Below are positions 1 to 7,539 of a stretch of DNA of 64,000 nt, one piece after another. Numbering within the stretch: the stretch's first letter is position 1; each line of letters begins with the position of its first letter. The notes under the pieces were generated by a model that searched no databases, was not told where the DNA came from, and saw nothing but the letters and a program-made list of their open reading frames with translations. Made by a program: the position numbers and the translations under genes. Source of the DNA: a virus; the IMG/VR virus record IMGVR_UViG_3300048564_000035, positions 1 to 64,000 of that record; one strand, 5' to 3'.

Positions 1-212
1 ATTGAAAGCAAAGCGATTGATTAGCCTTTGATTGTGAATGGCTGGTATCGTAGGGGATTAGCCTTATCTGCCTGTATTGGGGAGATATTGAGGTCTGAAT
101 GCGGTTTGTTGGCTGGTAGGTGGGTATGATAAAGCATTTATTCTGATAACCTGTATATGGGGGAGGTATTAGCTTGATAAATGTCAATATTTTAAAGAAA
201 AGCAAAGATATA

Positions 213-244
213 TTTGGATACGTATATTTTATACCTTATGTTTG
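213..244 (+). promoter_or_regulatory. Bacteroidota-type promoter (-33 TTTG / -7 TAtgTTTG), early promoter copy 1
   Basis: TTTG at 213-216, a 20-nt spacer, then TAtgTTTG at 237-244, 40 nt upstream of ATG 285. The spacer contains the palindrome ATACGTAT (218-225). Positions 210-230 are an exact 21-nt repeat of 1613-1633. Confidence 0.55.
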
Positions 245-284
245 TGGTGTTATTAGTTCAATCACTCATTTTAAACTGTCAATT

Positions 285-551
285 ATGTCAACAATTAATT
301 TAACCGACTTAGAAAAATTAGTATTAGAAGGTATTAACAATTCAGACTATGGTGACGATCTTGGCGATCCAATTTGGTCATGGAGTATCAATTGTACTGT
401 AAAAGGCAAAGCCCGTAGTGGTGTAGTAAGTTCATTATCTCAAAAAGGACTGGTTGGTAGCAACGGCAGCGGTAAAGATGATACTGTATGGCTAACACCT
501 ATTGGTGTTGAAATATGCAAAGAGCATGGATTACAAGGTAAATATAAATAG
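285..551 (+). CDS. hypothetical early protein (88 aa), possibly winged-helix-like
   Basis: The ORF track gives 174-551, but its first codon is TTG and it overlaps the promoter. The in-frame ATG at 285 lies downstream of that promoter. The ORF is followed by a hairpin terminator. Confidence 0.6.
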   Translation: MSTINLTDLEKLVLEGINNSDYGDDLGDPIWSWSINCTVKGKARSGVVSSLSQKGLVGSNGSGKDDTVWLTPIGVEICKEHGLQGKYK

Positions 552-586
552 CTATCCTGTTCCTGACAGTTTCAGGCAGTACGTCG

Positions 587-610
587 CCCCGCTCCATCAA
601 AGCGGGGTTT
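587..610 (+). terminator. rho-independent terminator
   Basis: CCCCGCT (587-593) pairs with AGCGGGG (601-607) and is followed by TTT. Confidence 0.55.
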
Positions 611-629
611 GACGGCAAAACACATCATC

Positions 630-821
630 ATGAAATCAACACACCCAATTGAGAAGGCTGTGAGAATTGTTATCATAGGCATATTTGTTATTACTACTAT
701 TCTGAGCCTTGTATCTTGTGGCTCTCACAGCCCATTGGATAGCTATTGTAATGGCGTTGTAAATAATATCGCTGATAGCACACGCCATGCTCAGGAAGTG
801 GCTGCATTTTTAAACAAATAA
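630..821 (+). CDS. small lipoprotein (63 aa)
   Basis: ATG at 630; the track start at 609 is TTG inside the terminator. A hydrophobic N-terminus ends in the lipobox LVSC. The N-terminal part is paralogous to the 28-aa ORF at 3355-3441. Confidence 0.55.
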   Translation: MKSTHPIEKAVRIVIIGIFVITTILSLVSCGSHSPLDSYCNGVVNNIADSTRHAQEVAAFLNK

Positions 822-831
822 ATACTAAAAT

Positions 832-1092
832 ATGTGTAAGCATACTGGCACAAAGCATAATGATAGCTGCACTATGGCATTCGGCAAGCCTTCGCAGCAC
901 GATGATTGCCCACGTTGTAATGAGTTGAAGGAGGGAGCCGAACCGCGCAAGGGATGGCACAATAGTAACAGCAAGCAATCAGTAGCCAAACAACTATCGC
1001 ATTATTGCTTTAGCGTTCCAATATATCATGCGAGATGTACGGCTGAAACTAATCCGTCCTGTGCTTGTGGTAAAATGTCATACACCGATTAA
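832..1092 (+). CDS. Cys-rich hypothetical protein (86 aa)
   Basis: ORF track. Contains CPRC and CACG cysteine pairs, suggestive of a zinc-binding protein. Confidence 0.5.
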   Translation: MCKHTGTKHNDSCTMAFGKPSQHDDCPRCNELKEGAEPRKGWHNSNSKQSVAKQLSHYCFSVPIYHARCTAETNPSCACGKMSYTD

Positions 1093-1101
1093 TTATTAAC
1101 C

Positions 1102-1314
1102 ATGAAACTATCTTATTCCATATCAACTATCCCCGGCAAATTACGCACTGTGCATACTATTGTAATTGAACATGAGACACTAACGACAACCAAAGCTAAA
1201 GAGGTATTGGTCTTTGCCAAGCCTCGAATATTCGATAAGATAGTATGGAAGGCACTTAAAGAAGCTGTTAGATTAGGCGAACCATTGACGGTTGATGGTG
1301 GTGGATTATTCTAA
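1102..1314 (+). CDS. hypothetical protein, paralogue A of a duplicated 70-aa family
   Basis: 62 of 70 residues are identical to the product of 3438-3650 (hand count). Confidence 0.7.
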   Translation: MKLSYSISTIPGKLRTVHTIVIEHETLTTTKAKEVLVFAKPRIFDKIVWKALKEAVRLGEPLTVDGGGLF

Positions 1315-1334
1315 AAGATACGTATATTTGACAC

Positions 1335-1553
1335 ATGAAAGATTTTATTCGTAAACAGCCAGCAGCAAGCGACGATTATTTAACCGCTCGTAAATTGGTC
1401 TTGTCAATGAAACAAGGACAACATCAAATAATATCAGTGGATAATCTCAAAGCCTTCCGTAAGTATGTGCATGATCTTGGAGGCAAGACACAGAAATCAT
1501 TTACCACCCGAAAACTAACAGATACCAGTATCAAAGTAATCTGTATCTCTTAA
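1335..1553 (+). CDS. hypothetical protein (72 aa)
   Basis: ORF track. TAtaTTTG (1323-1330) lies 4 nt upstream of the ATG, and ATACGTAT is at 1318-1325. Confidence 0.55.
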   Translation: MKDFIRKQPAASDDYLTARKLVLSMKQGQHQIISVDNLKAFRKYVHDLGGKTQKSFTTRKLTDTSIKVICIS

Positions 1554-1615
1554 CAACGGCTAATAATTGACATTTATCAAATAAAACTAATTAACTAAAA
1601 ATAATCACTGAAATA

Positions 1616-1647
1616 TTTGGATACGTATATTTTTCACCTTACCTTTA
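1616..1647 (+). promoter_or_regulatory. Bacteroidota-type promoter, early promoter copy 2
   Basis: TTTG at 1616-1619, a 20-nt spacer, then TAccTTTA at 1640-1647. It shares the 21-nt exact repeat atatttggatacgtatatttt with 210-230. Confidence 0.5.
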
Positions 1648-1727
1648 CATTATCGAAGCAATCAGGGGGGAAAAGGGTAGAAAATCCCCCGGACTATTTA
1701 ATCACTCTCATTTAAATCACTTTTGTT

Positions 1728-2417
1728 ATGACTACTACAACACAAACAACAGCTACTACTATTTTTGTAAACCTTTTTGCCGCTCTTAGAGCCGAAAAGA
1801 TAACCCGCTTTAATGAATTTGTAGGGGAACTAAATAGTAAAAAAGACACTCAAAGCATATTATCTGCATGGCAATATAATGACCTCTTCCCAAAAGGTAA
1901 AAAAGCAAAATCATGGGAATTACGGGAGCTTATAAATTACCTTATTGACCGCAAACAAAAAGAAACAGGCAAATACTTATCGGCTCAAATGTCTCGTTTA
2001 AGAGCCGTAGAAAATGCCCCTGAACTGGAAAGTATTACCATATCAATAGAATGGAAAAAGAGCCGGATGTGGGGTAATAATCCAAACGCTGAAGCAAGAG
2101 TATGCACCTCTGAAGGCTGCGAACATTATAACTCAGGAAGTATTGGCGGATGTGGATATGACAAACAAAGTACAGCCGTAGCACAGTCAGTTAATCAAAG
2201 CAATTCATTCCTGAAAGCCCTCTACCTAATCAAAGAAAAGAACGTGACTAAAAGCAATCATGATTTATTTGGCTATGGAGCCGGATATGGTATTTTACCA
2301 TCCCTTGAAGGTGGCGTAGGGGTGTCATGCTACCCTAGAATATTTGAAGCAATAGGATTTAAATTTAAAACAACTGCAAGCGGCAAAGCCTTTGACGTTT
2401 ACACAGTTACCAAATAG
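1728..2417 (+). CDS. hypothetical protein (229 aa)
   Basis: ORF track. The motif GGCGYDK and a Gly-rich C-terminal half are visible. I do not recognise the family. Confidence 0.65.
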   Translation: MTTTTQTTATTIFVNLFAALRAEKITRFNEFVGELNSKKDTQSILSAWQYNDLFPKGKKAKSWELRELINYLIDRKQKETGKYLSAQMSRLRAVENAPELESITISIEWKKSRMWGNNPNAEARVCTSEGCEHYNSGSIGGCGYDKQSTAVAQSVNQSNSFLKALYLIKEKNVTKSNHDLFGYGAGYGILPSLEGGVGVSCYPRIFEAIGFKFKTTASGKAFDVYTVTK

Positions 2418-2495
2418 TTGTAGTATAGTGGTTTACCGGGAACCATTCAAAAACGGTATTTTATACCCCTCTAAACAATCAAAAAATGCTCAATT

Positions 2496-3101
2496 ATGAA
2501 ACTAAAAATTGAAATAAAAAACAGATTTACCGGCAAAGTATTATTTGAACTGGAAACAGAAGATAATAGCATCAAGAAAACCCTTATTGAAGCGGTTAGG
2601 CAGGGCGCAGACTTGCAGGGCGCAGACTTGCGGGGCGCATACTTGCAGGGCGCATACTTGCGGGGCGCATACTTGCAGGGCGCAGACTTGCGGGGCGCAT
2701 ACTTGCAGGGCGCATACTTGCAGGGCGCAGACTTGCAGGGCGCAGACTTGCGGGGCGCATACTTGCAGGGCGCAGACTTGCGGGGCGCATACTTGCAGGG
2801 CGCATACTTGCAGGGCGCAGACTTGCAGGGCTATAAAATAAAAGCAGCAGCAGCATTCACCGGACTATATACATACGTAGTCATTCCTTATATTACTGAA
2901 GAAAATGGTAAGAGAGTTAAAATGGGATGCTATGACCGGACATTGGAAGAATGGGAGGGTGATTTCTGGAACAATACAAGCGAATTTCCAAATGACGGAT
3001 CGTTGAAAAGTAATTGTAGGTTAATGGCTTTTGAAGCTGCAAAAAAGTGGTTGGAGCTTGCCGAGAACAACATTAATAAAAATGAAACTAAAGAATCATG
3101 A
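2496..3101 (+). CDS. pentapeptide-repeat protein with a unique C-terminal domain of about 90 aa
   Basis: 15 consecutive GA(D/Y)L(Q/R) pentapeptides match the A(D/N)LXX pentapeptide-repeat signature. Unique N- and C-terminal segments flank the repeats. Confidence 0.85.
   Translation: MKLKIEIKNRFTGKVLFELETEDNSIKKTLIEAVRQGADLQGADLRGAYLQGAYLRGAYLQGADLRGAYLQGAYLQGADLQGADLRGAYLQGADLRGAYLQGAYLQGADLQGYKIKAAAAFTGLYTYVVIPYITEENGKRVKMGCYDRTLEEWEGDFWNNTSEFPNDGSLKSNCRLMAFEAAKKWLELAENNINKNETKES
2604..2831 (+). repeat. 15 tandem copies of a 15-bp unit ggcgca(g/t)acttgc(a/g)g
   Basis: Read directly from the sequence. Units differ only at position 7 (g/t) and position 14 (a/g). Confidence 0.95.
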
Positions 3102-3331
3102 AACTAGCACTAACCCTTATCGTAGCTGTTATTATTGCCGGACTTCTTTTTGTGGGCTATATGGCCGGTAAAAGAGCCGGATCAGTAACCATTACGCACC
3201 CAACCGAATACCATTTCAATGTTGACTCAGCCGGTTACGACATATACACAGAAGACATGAAGTTAGTAGGACGGCTGCAATATGGCCGGAATAATCAACT
3301 AGACAGTCTTATTGACGCAGATAATCAGTAA
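3098..3331 (+). CDS. small membrane protein (77 aa)
   Basis: N-terminal TM helix. The start overlaps the stop of the previous gene in ATGA. Confidence 0.6.
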   Translation: MKLALTLIVAVIIAGLLFVGYMAGKRAGSVTITHPTEYHFNVDSAGYDIYTEDMKLVGRLQYGRNNQLDSLIDADNQ

Positions 3332-3354
3332 TTAACCACTTAAAACTTATCATC

Positions 3355-3441
3355 ATGAGCCAAAAGAACCCACTTGAAACAGCAGTTAGAACTCTTATGA
3401 TTGGCATACTTGTAATAACTGTTATACTTAGCCTATTATGA
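3355..3441 (+). CDS. 28-aa hydrophobic peptide, a truncated paralogue of the 630-821 lipoprotein N-terminus
   Basis: ATG at 3355. The stop TGA overlaps ATG 3438 in ATGA. The sequence PLETAVRTLMIGILVITVILSL is similar to PIEKAVRIVIIGIFVITTILSL in 630-821. Confidence 0.35.
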   Translation: MSQKNPLETAVRTLMIGILVITVILSLL

Positions 3442-3650
3442 AAATAGCCTATTCAATATCAACCATTCCGGGAAAGCTGCGAACGGTGCACACTATTGTA
3501 ATTGAACATGAAAGGCTTGAAACCACCAGAGCCAAAGAGGTATTGCTATTCGCTAAACCTCGCATATTTGACAAGTTTGTTTGGAAGCAACTCAAAGAAG
3601 CTGTTAGATTAGGCGAACCGTTGACGGTTGACGGAGGCGGATTATTTTAG
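3438..3650 (+). CDS. hypothetical protein, paralogue B of the duplicated 70-aa family
   Basis: 62/70 identity to the product of 1102-1314. Confidence 0.7.
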   Translation: MKIAYSISTIPGKLRTVHTIVIEHERLETTRAKEVLLFAKPRIFDKFVWKQLKEAVRLGEPLTVDGGGLF

Positions 3651-3672
3651 TAACCAATTAATTTTTTATACT

Positions 3673-3936
3673 ATGTTAACAACAATTAACCCCGTTTACG
3701 ACAGTAAATACCCTTCTGAGGTAGCCTATCTGTCTGATAAAAATTTCGAAGTAAGACTGAAAGCTATGATTGAAAGAACATTAAAACAGGTTGGCATAGA
3801 AACAACCTCAGATAAGCTATCGGAGTTCATGGATATTATTGGGGATGAGGCTGAATATTGTTTATTTGAAAAGAAAGAAAATATAAATCAGCCAGAGGGA
3901 GACATAGTTAGCAAACTGAAAGAAATATGGAAGTAA
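3673..3936 (+). CDS. hypothetical protein (87 aa)
   Basis: The ORF track gives 3628-3936. The first ATG, at 3673, avoids overlap with the previous gene. Confidence 0.5.
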   Translation: MLTTINPVYDSKYPSEVAYLSDKNFEVRLKAMIERTLKQVGIETTSDKLSEFMDIIGDEAEYCLFEKKENINQPEGDIVSKLKEIWK

Positions 3937-4128
3937 ATGAGGATAAGGGCTATATATAAATGTGTTGTTCATGGATTACTGCCGTATTGGATGTATGAAA
4001 AGCAAAAGCATTACACTTGCTCCTATTTAGAACACCTTGCAATTAACATCAAATACGCTTGGAGATGGGCCACATTTTCAGAAACCGAATCAGATATTAA
4101 CTTTGAAAAAACCACAAACATTAAATAA
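3937..4128 (+). CDS. hypothetical protein (63 aa)
   Basis: ORF track. It abuts the previous stop. Confidence 0.45.
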   Translation: MRIRAIYKCVVHGLLPYWMYEKQKHYTCSYLEHLAINIKYAWRWATFSETESDINFEKTTNIK

Positions 4129-4150
4129 TCACTTATAAAAAAACACAATC

Positions 4151-4453
4151 ATGAAAACAACATCGTTAAAAGAAATCGCAAGAGTAGCCTTCTTTATCCT
4201 TAGTGTAATGGCTATATTGGTTATTACGGGATATAATTTAGCAGCTCAAACCGTTCGCCAAACACCTGACGGTAACTATGTCAGCGTATCAGTAAAGGAC
4301 ACGGCTGTTAGCTATTCCAATACGGGAAAACACTATACCGATAGCCGGGGCAACCAATACCCTGTTTATGTATCAGCTAGGGGTAAATTGTTCGTTATCT
4401 ATACAAGTAAGACAAGCGGAAAACAATATCGGGTTTATCTTAAAACTAATTAA
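4151..4453 (+). CDS. exported or membrane-anchored protein (100 aa)
   Basis: An N-terminal hydrophobic segment ends in AAQT. Confidence 0.55.
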   Translation: MKTTSLKEIARVAFFILSVMAILVITGYNLAAQTVRQTPDGNYVSVSVKDTAVSYSNTGKHYTDSRGNQYPVYVSARGKLFVIYTSKTSGKQYRVYLKTN

Positions 4454-4455
4454 TC

Positions 4456-4836
4456 ATGCAGCTAGAAATAATATACACATTTTACGGATACAGGCAACAA
4501 ATAATAAGGAGATACCCATTTATTCCCATTATTGCCAGAAGTAAAAAAACTTATCTCGATTATCTTTTCGCAGATTTAAAAAGAGAAGAACGGGCAAGCC
4601 TAATAAAAGTATCCTCGTGTATTATAACTTGTCTTCAGACCCCTCTATCAAAGAACAAAAAACATTGGTTCAATAAGGGTAATGGCAAAATATGGGTTGA
4701 TGAATTGGAGCGATATAGAAAGGCTTGCCAAATACAATCTTCTATATCTCCCGAATATGTAAAAAATTGGGTATCCGAAAATAGACAATTCAACGGCGCA
4801 ACACGTAAAGAGTATATAACATCTAAAATAAAGTAA
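4456..4836 (+). CDS. hypothetical protein (126 aa)
   Basis: ORF track. Tightly packed in the same-strand block. Confidence 0.55.
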   Translation: MQLEIIYTFYGYRQQIIRRYPFIPIIARSKKTYLDYLFADLKREERASLIKVSSCIITCLQTPLSKNKKHWFNKGNGKIWVDELERYRKACQIQSSISPEYVKNWVSENRQFNGATRKEYITSKIK

Positions 4837-4837
4837 C

Positions 4838-5296
4838 ATGGCAAACCTATTTAATTATATGGACGATGGCGCTAAGGCGCAAGCAAAGGGGGTGTTGGCA
4901 TACTTACAGCAACCAGATGGAATTGAAAAAAGCTACTGTGATGAAGAAAAAAGGTATCTGGCAGAACCTAAAATTTCAAGGTGGGAAAATTGCAGGGAGC
5001 AGGGTTATGTAATTTATATGCGTTCTCGTAATATGGATAAGCAAATAAATATTGCCTTCTTCGAACACCGAAACAGTGATGAAATATGTGCTATTAAATG
5101 GGAACAGTTATCAACTAATGCCATTACCATAGACACGATGAAAACGAAGGATGTTTATAACACCAAATGGGATATTTCTCATTCTGTTCCTTATGGTCAG
5201 GTAAGTGAAATGGCTGATTGGATTTATAAAGAACTGGAAACATTCTGGATGTCAACCCTTGAAAGTAAAAAGAAGGAAAAACTAAAAACTAATTGA
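4838..5296 (+). CDS. hypothetical protein (152 aa)
   Basis: ORF track. Confidence 0.6.
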   Translation: MANLFNYMDDGAKAQAKGVLAYLQQPDGIEKSYCDEEKRYLAEPKISRWENCREQGYVIYMRSRNMDKQINIAFFEHRNSDEICAIKWEQLSTNAITIDTMKTKDVYNTKWDISHSVPYGQVSEMADWIYKELETFWMSTLESKKKEKLKTN

Positions 5297-5315
5297 ACAG
5301 GGACGGTTTGAATCC

Positions 5316-5366
5316 GGGAAGGGGGAAAACTAATCCACGGTTTGAGAGCATCCTTCCCATTTTTTA
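5316..5366 (+). terminator. possible terminator with a long loop
   Basis: GGGAAGG (5316-5322) pairs with CCTTCCC (5352-5358), followed by a T-run at 5360-5365. The 29-nt loop is unusually long. Confidence 0.35.
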
Positions 5367-5389
5367 AAAACTTAAAATGATTACTATTT

Positions 5390-5869
5390 ATGAAACAAAA
5401 TAAAAACATTCCTTTAAGTCAGGAAGAAATGGAATTATCATTTGGCGACAGGAGTTTACCCACCCCACAACCAACAGACAATGCAGAAGGCTTGCCGAAA
5501 TTGGCTGTTGATAATAGTAAAGGAGTTATAGTATTGGACGAATTAAGAGGAATAGTATTTGGGACTATTAATTCACAGTACACACACTTTGCTCCTGTTG
5601 TTGCCCATTATTGCAATGAATATAAATCTTTGAAAGCAGAAAACACTTCCCTGAAAGAAGATGTAAAGCTACTGAGGGATGCGCTCACTTTGGATAAAAA
5701 ATTCCACTTTGCCCATGTTAATGATCTTCCTTTATATATTGAAAAGGCAGCAAATATTTTAGAAATTAAAGCTAATAATGAAGGACATCACAGCACGTTG
5801 GTTGAGCCGCTTCTTAAAATAGCTAAAAAAATTCGTACCACCCTTGAAAAGACAAAGAACTCTATTTGA
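5390..5869 (+). CDS. hypothetical protein (159 aa), coiled-coil segment
   Basis: ORF track. Confidence 0.6.
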   Translation: MKQNKNIPLSQEEMELSFGDRSLPTPQPTDNAEGLPKLAVDNSKGVIVLDELRGIVFGTINSQYTHFAPVVAHYCNEYKSLKAENTSLKEDVKLLRDALTLDKKFHFAHVNDLPLYIEKAANILEIKANNEGHHSTLVEPLLKIAKKIRTTLEKTKNSI

Positions 5870-5893
5870 TAACTCTTTTAAATACTTAAAATC

Positions 5894-6169
5894 ATGGATG
5901 ACTTATTAAACAATATAGCAAACATTACAAAGGCTGCCAATTACGATATAGTAGCAAAACAGCGTAATGAACTGTTAGAGGAAAATGAACGGCTTAAAGA
6001 CCTTGAAAAAGGGTTTTACATGAACATTTGTAGGGCTTATAATGCGGGAAAACAAAATATGATAAATGTATACGCTTCAAAAGGAAGTCCAGATGAAGGC
6101 AAAATGTTTCTTAGTTCACACGAGTATTTCATAACCGAATTTCCAGAATTTAAAACTAATGTACCATGA
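5894..6169 (+). CDS. hypothetical protein (91 aa)
   Basis: ORF track. Confidence 0.55.
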   Translation: MDDLLNNIANITKAANYDIVAKQRNELLEENERLKDLEKGFYMNICRAYNAGKQNMINVYASKGSPDEGKMFLSSHEYFITEFPEFKTNVP

Positions 6170-6456
6170 AACTACATAAAGACGTTGACTTAGGCAAGTC
6201 ATTTGAAAAGCTAAAATCAGCCCTTTTAAAGACGGTTGGAAGCACAAAAGGGAATAATCCTGCAAGATACGCAGCATCATTTGGAGAGCTATCAATGGCC
6301 GTTAAAATCCATCTGGTACAATGCAGCGATTTAACCTTAAAAGATATTCAGGACGAAATAGAGGGGCCGGATGATATCCCCTCCGGTCTATTCAGCAGAG
6401 CGCAAGCCATTGAGGAAGATATTGAAGGAGATAAAAATATATCAGGTAATCATTAA
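6166..6456 (+). CDS. hypothetical protein (96 aa)
   Basis: ORF track. 4-nt start/stop overlap with the previous gene. Confidence 0.55.
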   Translation: MKLHKDVDLGKSFEKLKSALLKTVGSTKGNNPARYAASFGELSMAVKIHLVQCSDLTLKDIQDEIEGPDDIPSGLFSRAQAIEEDIEGDKNISGNH

Positions 6457-6467
6457 AAAATACTGAA

Positions 6468-6719
6468 ATGACAAAAGAAGCAATGGAATTACTCAGCCAA
6501 TACGGTGGCGAAGAAAGGGAAAAATATTCTGGCCGTAATATGTATGGTAATAAAACCTGCGGAATAATATTTGATACTCATGCTGAATTTTTTAATGCAC
6601 TTGCAGATTGTATTTCGGATTGCATTGAAGAAGAAAACCGGGCAAATGGAGAAATATTATGTAATGTCCTTCGCAAACTACGGACTGACAACATGGGTAC
6701 ATCTATTATTTACTACTAA
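6468..6719 (+). CDS. hypothetical protein (83 aa)
   Basis: ORF track. Confidence 0.55.
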   Translation: MTKEAMELLSQYGGEEREKYSGRNMYGNKTCGIIFDTHAEFFNALADCISDCIEEENRANGEILCNVLRKLRTDNMGTSIIYY

Positions 6720-6731
6720 AACTAAACCACT

Positions 6732-6857
6732 ATGTTACACAAACTAATTAACTTTCTATCCGTTGCTTGGCCGTACTGGTTGGTAATTTGTATTATCTTG
6801 GCCCGCATCCCTTATGTCTTTCAAAAGAGATTTGAAAATAAAAATGATTCTATATGA
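6732..6857 (+). CDS. 41-aa membrane peptide
   Basis: Below the ORF-track size cut-off. ATG at 6732, a hydrophobic core, and a stop that overlaps ATG 6854 in ATGA. Confidence 0.4.
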   Translation: MLHKLINFLSVAWPYWLVICIILARIPYVFQKRFENKNDSI

Positions 6858-7036
6858 ACAAAGATTTTACTTGGGTACGGCAATGTATTCAGTCATCCAC
6901 CAACGCATTTCACTTAGATAGCTGCCATACTATCCTTTACCTGTACAAACAGAAATACCCTGATCTTAAAGACGACTACGAAACCCTATTATTAGAAATA
7001 GAACAAAAGGAAGTTTCTATTTCGGTGGATGCGTAA
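6854..7036 (+). CDS. hypothetical protein (60 aa)
   Basis: ORF track. Confidence 0.5.
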   Translation: MNKDFTWVRQCIQSSTNAFHLDSCHTILYLYKQKYPDLKDDYETLLLEIEQKEVSISVDA

Positions 7037-7048
7037 AAATAAACAACA

Positions 7049-7282
7049 ATGAAAATAACAAAAACTTACAATTGGAACAGAAGGGATTTCTGTTATGATG
7101 CCACTTGCGAACATTGCGGCCACGAAGAAAATAATAATTATGGATATGATGATTCAAACTATTATAACAATGTAGTGCCTGACATGAAATGTGAGAAATG
7201 CGGGGAAAGCACTAATTCAAAAGAGTCGGATGCTCCGAAAACAGTAGTAATCCCAAAATATAATCCGAACCAAGTTATTTAA
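7049..7282 (+). CDS. zinc-ribbon-like small protein (77 aa)
   Basis: Two CxxC pairs: CEHC and CEKC. Confidence 0.6.
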   Translation: MKITKTYNWNRRDFCYDATCEHCGHEENNNYGYDDSNYYNNVVPDMKCEKCGESTNSKESDAPKTVVIPKYNPNQVI

Positions 7283-7299
7283 TATTAGTTTTCATAACA

Positions 7300-7321
7300 G
7301 GTACAATCCGTACCATTTTTT
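7300..7321 (+). terminator. rho-independent terminator
   Basis: GGTAC (7300-7304) pairs with GTACC (7310-7314), followed by aTTTTTT. Confidence 0.5.
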
Positions 7322-7330
7322 AGAGTGGTT

Positions 7331-7358
7331 ACTCCCGGCTGATTACCGGGAGTTTTTT
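7331..7358 (+). terminator. rho-independent terminator, second of a tandem pair closing the early block
   Basis: ACTCCCGG (7331-7338) pairs with CCGGGAGT (7346-7353), followed by a T-run to 7358. Confidence 0.7.
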
Positions 7359-7539
7359 AAAAAAAATATCATCGTTTACGGGAAACCGTAAAAAAATGTC
7401 AAAACAGGTTACTATCTTAGCAACATTAAAAATAAAGGCAATTATACCCATTTACACGCAGAGGGGAAAATCTGTAATAATATAATCTTTTGACCTACTC
7501 CAAAGGTCTTAAATTCTATCACTTTTAGGCAAAATGAGC

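Noticed and set aside
697-978. ORF 697-978 (-) and ORF 13512-13793 (+)
   Set aside because: They overlap better-supported same-block genes (630-821 and 832-1092; 13361-13645 and 13684-14082) and break the otherwise tight gene packing.
2604-2831. Tandem repeat as a possible CRISPR array
   Set aside because: The units are 15 bp, directly abutting with no spacers, and lie in-frame inside a CDS.
2545-2856. ORFs 2545-2841 (+) and 2596-2856 (-) overlapping the pentapeptide gene
   Set aside because: They stay open only because the 15-bp tandem repeat has no stops in other frames. Their products are pure low-complexity repeats (CRAQT..., SLRPA...). The longer frame, with unique N- and C-terminal domains, is the real gene.
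5301-5330. GGTTTGAATCC, resembling a tRNA T-arm, as a possible attP core or tRNA fragment
   Set aside because: No complete tRNA can be folded because the 5' part would lie in the upstream CDS. No integrase is present anywhere in the window. The similarity is an 11-mer with a mismatch.
7375-7392. Hairpin TTTACGG-gaaa-CCGTAAA as a terminator
   Set aside because: A uridine run follows it on neither strand. It is probably incidental or structural only.
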